The notes under the pieces were generated by a model, which was not told the DNA's origin, did not search any database, and saw nothing but the letters and a program-made list of their open reading frames with translations. The translations under genes were made by a program, and so were the position numbers. A DNA stretch of 64,000 nt from Octopus sinensis (taxonomy: Eukaryota). This document shows positions 11,635 to 24,688 of the stretch, piece after piece. The stretch's first letter is position 1; each line of letters starts with the position of its first letter. Location of the stretch: the NCBI RefSeq assembly GCF_006345805.1, contig NW_021832384.1, positions 1-64,000 of the forward strand. Reading direction: 5' to 3'.

Positions 11635-12757
11635 GATGTAACAGAGCAGCTGAAATACATAATCCAAAAAGAAAATGTATATTATTCAGTAGCTTTGGAT
11701 GAATCGACAGATTCCACTGATTCAGCACGTAAATGATGATTTTCAATTATATGAAGAATTGCTTGCTTTAGGCACCCTTAAAGGAAGGATGCGGGGGATA
11801 GATATTTTTAACAACTTCAAAGAGCAATGCCACAAAGTAGGACTAAATATTAGTAATTTGGTAAGCGTGTGCACGGATGGTGCTCCATCTATGATGGTTA
11901 AGCATCAAGGATTTATTGCACAGCTTGAAAGAGAAACCAAAGATCCAAGTGAACTGATTTCTTTTCATTGTATTTTACATCAGCAAAATCTCTGTACAAA
12001 ATGTGCCATTTTGAATGACTCTTTGCCTAAGGTTATAAGTATTATAAACTATATTCGAGCAAATGCCACGAAGCATCATCAATTTAGAAGCATGCTGATG
12101 ATGGGATGATGAAGTAATTAGTGTAGATTTGCCTTATCACTCAAAAGTACGCTGGCCGTCACAAGGGAAAGTATTGGTCAAAATCGTATCTTTACGAAAT
12201 CAAATAATTGACTTTTTCAAAGGAAACAACAAACATTGTGATTTATCAGATCCAAACTTTTATAGAGATGTTGCATTTTTATATGATGTTATATCAAAAC
12301 AAAATGAGTAAAACATTTTGTTGCACGGCAGAAATAAATCTATTTACGCTATCTGGCAAAAAAATTCAGGTATTTAGAAAAAAGTCTTTTGGCTAAATCA
12401 AAACTTTCAGAGGAACGCTTTCCCCAGTTTACGAAGGTAATGAGTGAAAATGCATATATCACTGGATCTTTTGAAGAATAGAAGTCAGTTTTAGACTCAT
12501 TAATAGAAGAAAACAACAAAAGATTCAGTGATTTTGAAAAGCATAACACCGCTCTGAAACCTGCTTTTCAGCCTCGGTTAGTTGATGTACCAAAGGCTCC
12601 CGAAGAGTAACAAGTGGAGCAGGCAATAGAATATCCTCGTCTTCGTGAACATGCACGCCGACTGACTTCTGCTTTTCTACAACACTGTTGCGAATCCACA
12701 TTCTCGTACTTGACGCGAATCAAGAATTCACTGAGAACACAAATGACAGATGAGCAG

Positions 12758-13143
12758 GGGGGGGGAGCACTCCGTCGGTTACGACGACGGGGGTTCCGGT
12801 TGATCCGAATCAACGGAACAGCCTGCTCGTGAAATTAACGTGTAAGTGGCTGAGCACTCCACAGACACGTGTACCCTTAACGTAGTTCTCGGGGATATTC
12901 AGCGTGACACAGAGAGTGACAAGGTCGGCCCTTTGAAATACAGGTACAACAGAAACAGGAAGTAAGAGTGAGAGAAAGTTGTGGTGAAAGAGTACAGCAG
13001 GGATCACCACCATCCCCTGCCGGAGCCTCGTGGAGCTTTAGGTGTTTTCGCTCAATAAACACTCACAACGCCCGGTCTGGGAATCGAAACCGCGATCCTA
13101 TGACCGCGAGTCCGCTTCCCTAACCACTGGGCCATTGCGCCTC
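12758..13143 (-). mobile_element. Full-length family C tRNA-derived SINE with 11-bp TSD, inserted in the hAT
   Basis: cagatgagcag at 12747-12757 and 13144-13154; head gaggcgcaatggcccagtggttagg...gtttcgattccc. Confidence 0.92.
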
Positions 13144-14059
13144 CAGATGAGCAGAGGACCAATTGGTACTAAGAACCACTCTGTTAGAACCTAATATCAA
13201 AATGCTTTCTCAAAAAAAAGCTAACTCAAAGAAGTCATTAATTTGAAGAAAGAGTAAATACATGTCTAAAGGAAATATTTCGAAATTTCATATTCTCGGC
13301 TTGACTTTTTTAAAAAGATTATTATTAATTTACTTATCAAAATAAAGTTCCTACTTAAGTAAAATATTTGAAAATGTCTGTTATGTGTAGTTTGGGTTCT
13401 AATGGGAAAGACATCCAAATGAAAACCATTGTTTATATTTACGTGTTTATTTTCATTACCTGATACACGGACGACTACATTACAGCGTAGTAATACATTA
13501 TATACTTTACACACAGTTTGTACTATTCACTACAAAATAGTGCCAAGAGTGGGGAGTAGTTTGGCATACGCAAACACACAGATATGAATGTGTAACAATG
13601 TCATATTTCCAATTCTTATTCACCTGTCTTTCTTTTTTTTTTAATGACATTTCTATCAAATTACTTAGTGGCCTAAGCCTAAGGATAAACATAAAACAAT
13701 ATTTGTTCAATATTTGTTCTATGAGGGGTGATGAATTGTAAGGTGGCCTTCATGAACGAAAAGGTTCCCCACCCCTGGTTTAGACAATATTATTTATCAT
13801 CAGAATAGTCTTTTGTATAAGAAGGAGAAACTATACCAAAATATACAAATTCGCATCGTTGTTACGTGGTTCTCTGTCCTACCACATTATATGTATTTAA
13901 CATGTTGCAAGCGAATTGGTTTGACAGTAATGTGCAAAGGCTTAAGATACTTCTAATTTTCCAGATATTCTGGCTATAAGCGTTACGAATCCCAAAGTGG
14001 CTGATTTTATTTTAGGTAATGTTTAATATTCATTCATATTGCTGAACCTTTTTTTAATG

Positions 14060-15140
14060 TCGGACAATTCTAACGCATTAGTTAAGTATAGTCGTTCTTA
14101 CGTTCATTGGAAATTCCACTGTTCATATCAGTGTAGTTTCAATAGAAAATTATAAAACTGTGTTATGAACTAATTCACTATTAGCTAGCTAATAGTGAAT
14201 TCTGCTGGTGATAGTATTATGAAAGTTCATAATTTTGGTAATGGATTCAGAAAGTTAATGCAATATGTACAGTTTCTCAGAGTGACAAAACTGGCATTAT
14301 GCACTTGGATGAATAAGGAAGAGGATTTTTGAGTATGTTGGGTAGGTCTTTTCCTAGTCCTAAAATGCCCAGAAAAAATGAGAGTTGTTTCTGTTCATAG
14401 AGAAGTATATGCTGGTCTTGGGGTCATTGACTGCGGTTTCCCTGAAATTCCTTGAAATGAAATGAGTGTCACCATATAAACATTGCCTCAGTGTTTCTAC
14501 GGTAGAACCCAATCAGTTAGCTGGTGGATTGATTTCAGCAGTTGCCGGTAGGTGTTTAGATAGTTGTTGTGCAAGTGTATACCTTTTCTGTTGTACCACG
14601 CACTGCTATCTAGACAGGAATAACTGACCATAACGTTATGTATATTAAACAACTTGTGGTATTTAAGTGCTTGAGAATTAGTTCTAACGAAGGATAAAGA
14701 TTTCCTTGCAATTCTTGCTGAGATGTCAAGGTTGATTGAACGAAGTTATATCCCTCTCCCTGACTCTCTTCAGAATGAAGGATGATCCTTGTATATTAAC
14801 TTCTCACAGATGTTTCGTTGTAACAGGGTGCTGTTATTTTGAAAATAAATAAAGTTTTCGTCTAACGTCAGTTACTAAATTTTTTAATTCCTGTAAATAT
14901 AGTCTCCGTAAGCTCTCTTTAGAAGGATACATGTCTGTAGTGATGTCTAAGTAATGTCCAAGAAGTTCACTGTAGCCAGAGGTAATAATTTTGTTTAAAC
15001 CAAATTTCTTGAAGAGTCATATTAAGTTCTTTTCTAAAGCTTCTATGGTATGACCATTCGTATTTTGAAATTGCTAAGCGGTTTTTGCAAAAACTTGAGC
15101 AGCATGTGTAGAGGGGTACATTTTTTGAGGTTGAGCTAGG
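14060..15140 (-). mobile_element. Decayed Penelope-like element (RT C-terminus and GIY-YIG region)
   Basis: Minus-strand translations VNFLDIT (14950-14970), RDITSFNQP, YHKLFNIHNVMVSYSC (14614-14661) and CQFCHSEKLYIL (14261-14296) match the PLE order FLD / FNPP / KIFNxNxVKVSYSC / CxLCxxEK; many stops. Confidence 0.75.
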
Positions 15141-16222
15141 ATAAATATTCCAGTGAGACACTTGGCCCTAGTTCCCTTAATATTATGAGTTCAAATCACA
15201 GATATGAATTATACCATTCATAATTCCGAAATAAATAAAATATATAATTCAATATAACCGAGTGAACCCAACCCTCAAATAAATGGCCCTTGTGCCTGTG
15301 TCACAAATTATTATTATGATTAAGTGAGAGAGCAGCACAGGCCATCAAAGTGACGTTGGAATACAAATACACGAAGTGCAGTATACCCATCATGGCTATC
15401 CATCTGATAAGGGTACATCAGGCACATGCATCACAGCCAAATGTGTGTGACACGGTGATCTCATTTCGAGATAAATAGCACACAGTCATGCAGGTGGGGT
15501 CCAGTTAGAATTTTCTTCAGGTTGAGTAGCCCATCCCGCTCAAAAGGTTCCAGAATAAGGATGTTGAACGAAACACCTATGTTTCCAGGGATGACCTATT
15601 CAAACCTCAACGAATCCCTTCTCAACACATGGCTATGATGTCCTTCCTCCACTACTCCTGCTCGTGAACAGAGATGCACATAGTATCAGCTACTAAGAGA
15701 CATACTGAACTGGTTAACGTCAAGCAACTGACAAGCAAATCTGTGATATTGGGCAGAATATTTGCAGTAGCCCATCTTTTACATCAAGACAAAACATGTA
15801 CATGATAACACTTCCAATCAGTTAAGATCAGAAGTCATGGAATCACCTATTATTATTTCCGCCGCGGTTGACTTTGCCTTTCATCCTTTCGGGGTCGATG
15901 AGGTACCAGATGAGCACTGGCGTCAATGTAATACCCTCCCGAAAAATGTCAGACCTTGTGCCTATAGTAGAAAGGATTATTATTATTATTGTTATGAATT
16001 CCGCTTTTCATCCTTTCAGCATTGATGTAATAAGTACTGGTCGAGCACTGGGGTTAGTGCAATCGAGTTCCTCTCCCTCCAAAACTGCTGACCTTGTGCC
16101 AAGAGTTTATTATTAGTAGGAAAGCATAAACTACAACAGTCCGAGGAAACCAGTAGCCAAATTTCAACCAAAATTAAGATTGCGAAGATGGGAATTCTAA
16201 TTCTTTGAACATACTGACTCCT

Positions 16223-16261
<39 letters not shown>

Positions 16262-16263
<2 letters not shown>

Positions 16264-16516
16264 GCCATGATAGCTCGCTAGCCATCAAACCCTTTGTTTT
16301 CTCTCCCTGTTTATTTCTGTCGAACAGCGTAGGCTCGAAACATAAGAGACTTTCTCACTTTCTGAGCGTTAAACTAATACATCTGTTTGTTTACACACCC
16401 GTCTTTTGTTAATTCTCACTATGTTTTATTTATATTTCCTGAGCGCCATACTAATACAATTGTTTGTTTGTTTTCCACCTGCCTTCGTCTTTTGTCTATT
16501 TTCATAAAGCTTCCCG

Positions 16517-16558
<42 letters not shown>

Positions 16559-16760
16559 GTGGTGCCCCAGCATGGCCGCGGCCTAAAACATTTTTTAAGG
16601 ATTTTAAGGATTTATATATATATGTTTTTCTCTCCGTGTTCCTTTTGTGGAAGGCTCGAAACGTAAAAGATTTTTTTCAATTCCTGAGCGTTAAACTAAT
16701 ACATGTTTGTTTATACACCCGTCTTCGTCTTTTTTTTTTTTTTTGTAAATTCTCATTATG
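16262..16760 (+). mobile_element. Two related (TA)n-embedded units with degenerate hammerhead-like motifs (PLE pseudo-LTR/retrozyme-like)
   Basis: ctgtcgaacagcgtaggctcgaaacata (from 16317) and gctcgaaacgtaaaag (16654-16669); shared downstream (c/t)ctgagcgttaaactaatacat; each unit bounded by (TA)n. Confidence 0.55.
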
Positions 16761-19721
16761 TATATATATATATATATAGGCAATAGTGAGAGCTAGCTAT
16801 GTTCTGTATAGAATACACGTAGTAGTCCTCCAAACAATTTGAACTTAAACTCCAAATTCTTCCTCCAGGACTAGGTCCACGGCGTCACCATTGGCTATAA
16901 GAGAAATCCAAGGCGAGCTGATATGGAGATCTGTATTTTCTATGTTCGGTCTAAATATATATGTGTGTGTGTTTATCTTTCTGAATATATGTGCTTATGT
17001 GTGTATAATATATAACACTGCTCAAATATAAGAATGCTTTTCCTCTCATCAGTTCAGTCGCGTGGCTTTTAGAGGCCCTATCCCTTCAATCAAGATTCAT
17101 AATCTACGCACCTTTTATTCATTGCTGCATTTTACTTTATTCTATCTGAATTTCAATATTTCACGTAATCCCAAAGAACATTAAAAGTACAAGTTAAATT
17201 TATTTAAGTCCATTACAAATTTCAATAGATAAAACTTCCAAATGTGAATAGAAGAGCACTTTTATAAACCAGACAACTTTCAAAGACAAACATGCCGCAC
17301 TTTTCGCTTCGCGAAATCGTCGATCAGTTCAGAATAATCAAACTGAGAGCTAAGTTTGTGTTCAGTAGATATCATAGGCAATCCACAAAGTCTGGTACAC
17401 ATTCATGATACAATGTAATATTTTTACAAGACCTTTTGCAGGTACAATGTATCACCATTTTATTTCTTGAAATTTTCAGTTAACGTAGATTAGTTTAATT
17501 CTTGTTCAACACCTTAACCAAAGTAAATAGATGACTCATCTATGTACTTATATCTTAACATGGGGCCCCCTTAACCGCAGGGGCTTAGCGACAGCTCTGC
17601 CGCTCACAGTACATGAATTTGCGCAGTCTTGTGAACTAAAAAGGCCGTCACTAGTTTGTGAGAACTTTACTGGTTTTGTAGAACATTCACTTCTTTCACG
17701 GACCTAGCTGATACCTTTCCACCTGTCTATGGTCCTTAGCAGAGTCTGTGAGACTCAAAGGTGGGGAAAGTGGGAAGAGCCTAAAACTTATGGGTCACTG
17801 CAGTATACAACCGCACAATTGATGATATGAGATTACCACCAGACCTGCTTTGATTGCATGCAAAACATGGATAATTTAATGGGGGAACTGGGCAACAGGT
17901 CAAGTTTGTTGCATATTTTTAGCAAAGGCACGAATATTTTGTGAAGGTACCTTATTTCATGAAACCCTGAAAGATAAAGGGTTAAGTTAACTATGAAGGC
18001 ATGCGTTTTACTCTTGCATCAGTGATACAGTTGTCAGATCTGAACATGTTTCCTGGGTTTCTAGTGTACTGTTTGAACCACACGGTTAGTAGTCAAACAA
18101 CTTACCGTCAAAGAAAGCAGCAAAAAAAAAAAAAAAAGTAACACACACGCCTTATTTAGGGTGAAGTCCTGAGTTGTCTGCCATTCAGTATATTTTGACC
18201 AGGCAGGGCCCAGGTTTAATCTAAGAAAACATCTTTTCGTTAGAGACAAAATCCTGCAGTAAGTACCTTTCTACGTCTTGTGTGTACAAGGTGTTGTAAA
18301 CAATGTAGACACTATTATTTTCATCTCTGTTGTTTCAAATGCATACGTGTATTTTCTCGGGCGACTGGCACGAAAGAGGAGTCATCTGTGGCAAGTCTTA
18401 AGCGTGTCCTCTACTCAGCATCAGTTTTCTTTCAGAATTACTGTCTACTTCAATGGGTCACTTTCGTTTCAGGATTGATTAAACTGACTACATATTTGGG
18501 TTCAATATTAGAAAGGATTGATTCTCGTATTTAATGGGGTCCAGAATGCTTAACCATAAAAATAGGTTACGACTGTTTGATAAAATCTCGAATCTCTACT
18601 TCATATCATTAAGTTGCTAAGGAAATCCACAATAGTTGCTAAACTGGACAGGCAGAGAGCTTATGGTGTGACGGAGGCAGCTGGGGACAAGAGATACCAT
18701 GATAGGAGGGACTTGCTTAGTCACAGGAGTTTTTTTTTTTTGTCAAAGACTAATGACGAATGGGCCACTACTTACCGAGACTGATAGAGGATGGTAGGAA
18801 GGTAGGCATACCGACAAAGGGTTTGTTGATATAGCAGTAACTGGCATGCATGAAGAATTATAAAATTCTAGGATTATGTGTGTTGGAAATTATATTTGAA
18901 AAGAGAGGCATTATATAGTGTTAACTTTATGACTAGACCAACCACTAAGTGCAGAACTGATGCCCAAGAGTTGCTTTGCTTTCTTAAAATGGAAATTATG
19001 TCTAATATTTCACATTTGAAAAACTGAGTAGTTACCGAATTTTCCAACATATACGACGCACTCCATTTTGCAGGGTTATTTGATTGAAAAATATTTTGTG
19101 CGAGCAAATACAATATTGAGACATTATTGTGGAATAAAATATGAAACCATAAAGTACGAAATGGGAGTACCGTTTTTCAATTTCATCTTCTTTCAGTTCA
19201 GCTGTATAGTCGTTTAAATTTTGGTCAACAAAATGTAAAACTCGTACTTGGTGCTACTGCGATCGGACAATAGGGTGGCACACCACCACTATGATTTTGT
19301 TGTCATCCACTCATTGCAAATAGTTGACAGGCGGATGAAAGCCTGTTAACAATCTTTTCATTTTTCTAAGAAGATCTTTTTCGTTTGTGCAACTAAAAAC
19401 TAGTTTCTTAAAAAGTAACACAGTCAATAAATAATGTAAGACACATGAGTGTGGGTTATATATACCGGGCAAGAAAATATATAGAAAGGATGTGACTTCC
19501 ACTTTACTGCCGATGTACCATAAGCAATTTAAAAAACTTTTGAGCGAAAAGACTGTCAAAATTTGGCTTCATCATCACCATTTAACGTTCTCCTTCTATG
19601 CTGGCATGAGTTGGATGGTTTGACAGGAGCTGGTGAGGAGAATGTGCCAAACCCTGTCTGCTTTGGCATGGTTTCTACAACTGTATGTCCTTCCTAACAT
19701 CAAATCACTAAACAAAGTGTA

Positions 19722-20099
19722 CTGTGTGAAAAGTCTGGCTGCATCCGAAAAATATATATTATGAAACAAAAATAAACACAAAATTTATAACACGAATCTG
19801 TTACCACCACGACAGTCAACTATTTGACGCCGAACATGAGTTTGATGTTGAATACATCCACGAATTTTCCGCTCAGATAGCTCTTCCCAAGACTGCAAAA
19901 TGGCTTCGTGCAATTCATGCCTCGTAGGGTTTTTGAGTTCAACTTTATCGGCCAAAACTTTGAAAATGCCTTCATCTAATGGATTCCACGTGTAAAGATG
20001 TGTTGAATAGAACTCACTGATTAAATCTTAATTAACTGTGTTGTCAATTGTATGCACCTGACATATGCTAACGTGTATGGAGCCAGACTTTTCACACAG
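19722..20099. mobile_element. ~380-bp MITE/deletion derivative with 19-bp perfect TIRs, inside an old family D copy
   Basis: ctgtgtgaaaagtctggct (19722-19740) and its reverse complement agccagacttttcacacag (20081-20099); left end preceded by TA. Confidence 0.7.
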
Positions 20100-20626
20100 A
20101 GGATACTTTTTATGTAGCACCAGCAGCAGTGATGCTACCAAGTTGAGGGGTCTTGCAAGACCTCAACTCAGGTGGGAGGAACTGAGGAAAGTAGTTTTGT
20201 GTCAGAGTATAAACTGAAGGAGAAAAATAGGTGTCTTGCAGTAAAAGAGAGACATGTTGGATAGGGGAGAGAGACAGAATGGTGGAAATGTGACGGGATA
20301 TACATCCAAGTTACAAGGCGGCGGTATATAGTGAAGTAGACTAGGGACTGGATAAGGTGTTGGTGGGGTTCACGAGGTTGCAAAAGGAGAGAAAGGAGAA
20401 GTACGCAATTAGAGGGAAGAGAAGAGTTAGGAGGATATACTGAGGGGAAGTGATTCGACAGGGGTGCATTGTATGCAGGTAGGTTCGTGAGGCAGAGTGG
20501 AAAGTGGAGAGGAGAATACAGCGAGAGGTGAACACAGGTGGGGGAGGAGGTGTTGGGAAGATTTGCCAGAAACAGCATGAGCATGAGTTAGGAAGGACAT
20601 CCAGTTGTATATACTAAAATATACCA

Positions 20627-20802
20627 AAATATAGAATTTAGTTAAATTCGAAGGATTCATTTAAAAAAAAAAAAATCTCAGTTACAACCGTGATGTTGTT
20701 AATAAAACATGTTCTTTGTCTATCTACTTATCCTCTTGGTGATTTTGGATAAAAAGAAAATTATACAAACGAATCCTTCGAATTTAACTAAATTCTATAT
20801 TT
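20627..20802. repeat. Perfect 32-bp inverted repeat with 112-bp spacer
   Basis: aaatatagaatttagttaaattcgaaggattc (20627-20658) / gaatccttcgaatttaactaaattctatattt (20771-20802). Confidence 0.9.
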
Positions 20803-21904
20803 CTATGCAACTGAAGATTGCTCTACATTTTAAATTGATGTAATGTTCAATAAAATGGAGTTGCATGAAACGATCGTACTGCATTACCTCTGGATATCCT
20901 TGTTGCTTATTTTGATTATAATTACCCCATTTTGAATTATATGGGTAATACCATACTAAATTCTGGTGCCTTTAACTTAAGTACCATAATCATCTGAATC
21001 TAAATTTTAAATATATATTATATATATATGTTGATATTTATATGTATAAAATATACAAATATAAATAACAAGACAAAAGACAATAAATAAAGTCAACACA
21101 ACAAAAATTATAGTGTAACAAACAATAAATTATTTCTCTTTGTCATATTACAAATTGCTTCCAATAAGATAAGTTTCCAATTCTTAAAGAAATTGTTGCT
21201 TTTGTCACCATTATATTACCTTTTTAGTGGAATTTTCAATTTTTTTTTACACCCTGGTAATTTATATAAGTATATATATTTACTTTTTTTTTACATACTT
21301 GATAATTATTTCATCGTGTTGATGAAACACTCAATAACATACACACACAAATTTTGTAAACATGTATGTATGTATATTATATATTTGTGTGTGTGGAGAT
21401 AAGTCCATGTGCGTTTATTACAAAAAAAAATCCCACAGAAGTTAGTGCTTACTTTTTGAAGTGGTGAATGAAACAAAACTGCCCCTGGACTGGTAGCTAG
21501 TCCACTGCTTTTGACTTTCCCTCCAGTATACATTCAACCTTTGTGTATAATTGATTAGCACTCGCTTCATTAATAATGGAGGTATGATAGTACAGTCAAC
21601 CCTGATGAAGATGTGAACGCAAAAAGGAGAGAAATAGAAATAGCTAGCTAGGTAGAAAGAAAAAATTTTTTTAATATTTAAGTTTACTTTTTTAATTTCT
21701 ACCACTCCATCACCTTGAAACACAAGTAAAAAATTAAAAAAAAAACACACCTTGAACTACTCACAAGTGAATATGACTCAGCAAATACCATGCTTTCACT
21801 AACTATTTTAGGGGGCGAGATAGACATGTTCTTAGCACCCCTAATCTTGACCCTCTAAAATGCCAGGAGTCTGACAGTTGGATGGAAAGGTGGCTACAAC
21901 CACA

Positions 21905-21985
21905 TTAGTGCTGGAACTCATTTTCAGTTGAGCGGACTGGAGCAATGGGGAATGGGGAATGAAATGCCTTGCTCAAGGACACGAA
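21905..21985 (-). mobile_element. CORE-SINE central domain remnant
   Basis: Reverse complement gtgtccttgagcaaggcattt...ttgctccagtccgctcaactgaaaatgag resembles the CORE block also seen at ~63545-63615. Confidence 0.55.
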
Positions 21986-23718
21986 TATATGTACAATAGG
22001 ATATAAATTAACTCACTCTAAAAACTGAAACCCTCATGACATGTGAAGCAATTGCTTTTCTTTCTTTTATCCCCCCCCCATACTGTTTTCTTTTAGAGGA
22101 ACAATTATCATCAATTTGAAGACACAAAAAAAAAAAAAATGTAACATTGCTACTTGCCAGGTGAAGAATGAGGAAGGAGTTGGCAGGACAAAATGAGAAA
22201 GGAGAAAACAGAAAGAGAATTTTCTTGAATAGATTGATTGGTCATCAGTCTGACATTCCACCCTCATGGAGACCGTTTCCTTAGGAGAGATTAGAAATAA
22301 CAATGAATGTCTTCTTTCTCTCTGACCACTGGTCAAGGCTATGGGTTACAAGGCCCAGCTGTCTGTTCAACCCGAAACTTTGTCAACTTGGCCAGTTGTG
22401 ATTTCAGACCTGAATCAGGCATGAGTTGATACGGTCTTTAACCATATCATCATTTTGTAAATATATTAGGAACCACACTGACCAATGTGTTTACTTTCAT
22501 TTCAGATACTGTGGGTGTGATTTGGTTGCTATTACTAGCAGACTAAGTGACTGCATAGAAGGTCCTCTGATGACTTGCAGACACCAGTGTAAATAGCAGA
22601 ATGGACCAAGTGATAGGATCCCACAGAAGAAGCAGACTAAGCAAGACATGGGAAGGAATGGTAAAGGCTGATCTGAAGATAAAAATGACAAAGGACTGCA
22701 ACATATTGCGACTGACTGTGCTGGAGAGAAATCCCCGCCTTTGTTTTCTTATGTTTGCATAGATGAAGATGATGATAGGATACACTCAATTTTGGTTTAT
22801 AAAATAATATTCAATACATGTAGTAGTGTTTATATACTTATTAAAAAAACCCCAGAATTTTCACTACCATTACTCAGAATTTTGCACCACATGCATTTTT
22901 TTTTTCAGAATGATGTCATCCAAAACACCTTAATTAGAATAATAGTAAGCACAGGTAACCGAATGAATCTTCAGCTGCTTTCTTGTATATTATATATATT
23001 TTTTTTATTTTGTAGTGATAAAAAAAACCCCACTTAGTCATCACTTGCAAGAGAGTATGGCTTGATAACATATACTATGTTTTTGCTAATTGCTTTGGCT
23101 GCTCATTAAATCAAATCTCAGCTATCTCAACAGAGAGAGAGAGAGAGGGCTGCACCAGCACCTGGTTGGTACTCAATGCTGCTGAAATAGAGAGGAGCAA
23201 TGTGAACCCATGGCCTGAATGCCTTAACAAGGCACACACCTTCACTATCTTGTGGTTCCAAAATGTTAATGCTCAATACAAAGCTTTAGGTAGGCAGTAT
23301 GTAGAGCCAAGGATCAGAAACTTATTTGGTAATGGTCCACTTTTGGTCTATTTTGCAGTCATGGCCAAAAGTTTGGAACATAGGCCTGAAAATTAGAATT
23401 TTTATATTCAATGTCCAAAGATATATTTGAATTGAATTGTGCTTGGGCATAACTTTAATTAAAAAAAAAAATGTTCTATACTTTTGGTCATGACTGTATT
23501 TCTATCCATGGTCCACATATATCTTACAGATCAAAATATTCCCCATCTATTCCTCTATTTTCTACCAATGAAAATGCTTATGTAAGTAAAAATTAAACAA
23601 AATGTGACACAAAAGACATCAATTACTCAATGGTCACCAAATACTTTAAATTTGAAAAGGTCCAAAGCTCGTACAGAACATCTCAATGGCCCACCTATAG
23701 CTGACCTACAGTGCAGAG

Positions 23719-23758
<40 letters not shown>

Positions 23759-24477
23759 TATATAGAAGGTACTATTATTCATAGGTACCGCACGCTAGGA
23801 GGGACTTTTGCAGTCAAAACTACTAAAATAAATAAATTGTACCGAATGCAAAACTTCAAAGCGAGTCATTTAAAAACAGAATTTAGTTACATATCACCTG
23901 TGATTTCGCAATCAATGCAGAATATGCATTCTATGCTCTTCAGTGCAACGAACTCAAGACATGTAAGAAAAAACACAACATCACATACCCGACAACCAAC
24001 CATAGAATTCGCCGCAGCATGTACGAATGTTTATCTTTACATATCTATGAAAATGGCGGGCTTTTTCGCAATGCATTTCGGTAACAACTTGCTTACTCGG
24101 AACAAAAATTCAGTATTGAACTATTCCGGTGAAAAATATAAATTTAAAAAATTTTTTAATTTAAAGGGTGAAATATAATTAATTTAGTAAAATCAACAAA
24201 TTTCACCTAGTAGCACTTCGGTATGGAAAAGGACCATATTTGGATCATAATATTAATAACTTTAATGGGATGTCCAAAAACTCAATGAAACACTACCTAA
24301 TCCATTTTACAATTGTGTGTCTTATTCCTTTCTGGTGTGGTGGTTTGTTATTGGCAGTGGCCATGCTAGGGCATTGCCATCTAGAGTACAGCTGATTATA
24401 TTAGCATCCTGTACTTATCTCACAAGATATTTCATCTGATGCTCTACCAATTCCGCCACACATTCCCCATGAATGGT

Positions 24478-24688
24478 TTAACGTTTTAGCATTTAACAGC
24501 TAGCCATATCTGGCCTAAATATTCCGTTTTATACTTGGACTAGCCATATCTGGATACTAACACCTTCCCTATAATGAATGTTGCTGTAAAAATATACAAA
24601 TGACATCATTGAAATCTTGAAGCTATGAGATAAAACAATGTGAACAATCTTTACATTTAACAGAAAAAACTGACAGTTAAAAGGTTAA
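24478..24688. mobile_element. TTAA-flanked MITE (piggyBac-like), diverged
   Basis: Bounded by ttaa...aaggttaa; internally similar to 33038-33253 and 40361-40589. Confidence 0.6.

Larger units (their letters stand above)
10735..13777 (+). mobile_element. Decayed hAT (Buster/SPIN/Charlie-type) transposon with right TIR, interrupted by a solo LTR and a SINE
   Basis: ASYKVAY..FIKECILEVV..PLSRKT / YSVALDESTD / VSVCTDGAPSM / FHCILHQQNLC / YHSKVRWPSQGKVL / CESTFS..IKNSLRTQMTD, terminal ...SH*; TIR aaaaggttccccacccctg (13759-13777) followed by the hAT-type 8-mer gtttagac. Left TIR not found. Confidence 0.9.

Noticed and set aside
18940-19520. Possible DNA transposase remnant (CD..IGGT-like trace)
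   Set aside because: Needs several assumed frameshifts; too degraded to support a call
23711-24178. 155-aa ORF
   Set aside because: Starts in a (TA)n tract and has no domain; the CpG-rich body is more likely an unclassified young repeat whose ends I could not define
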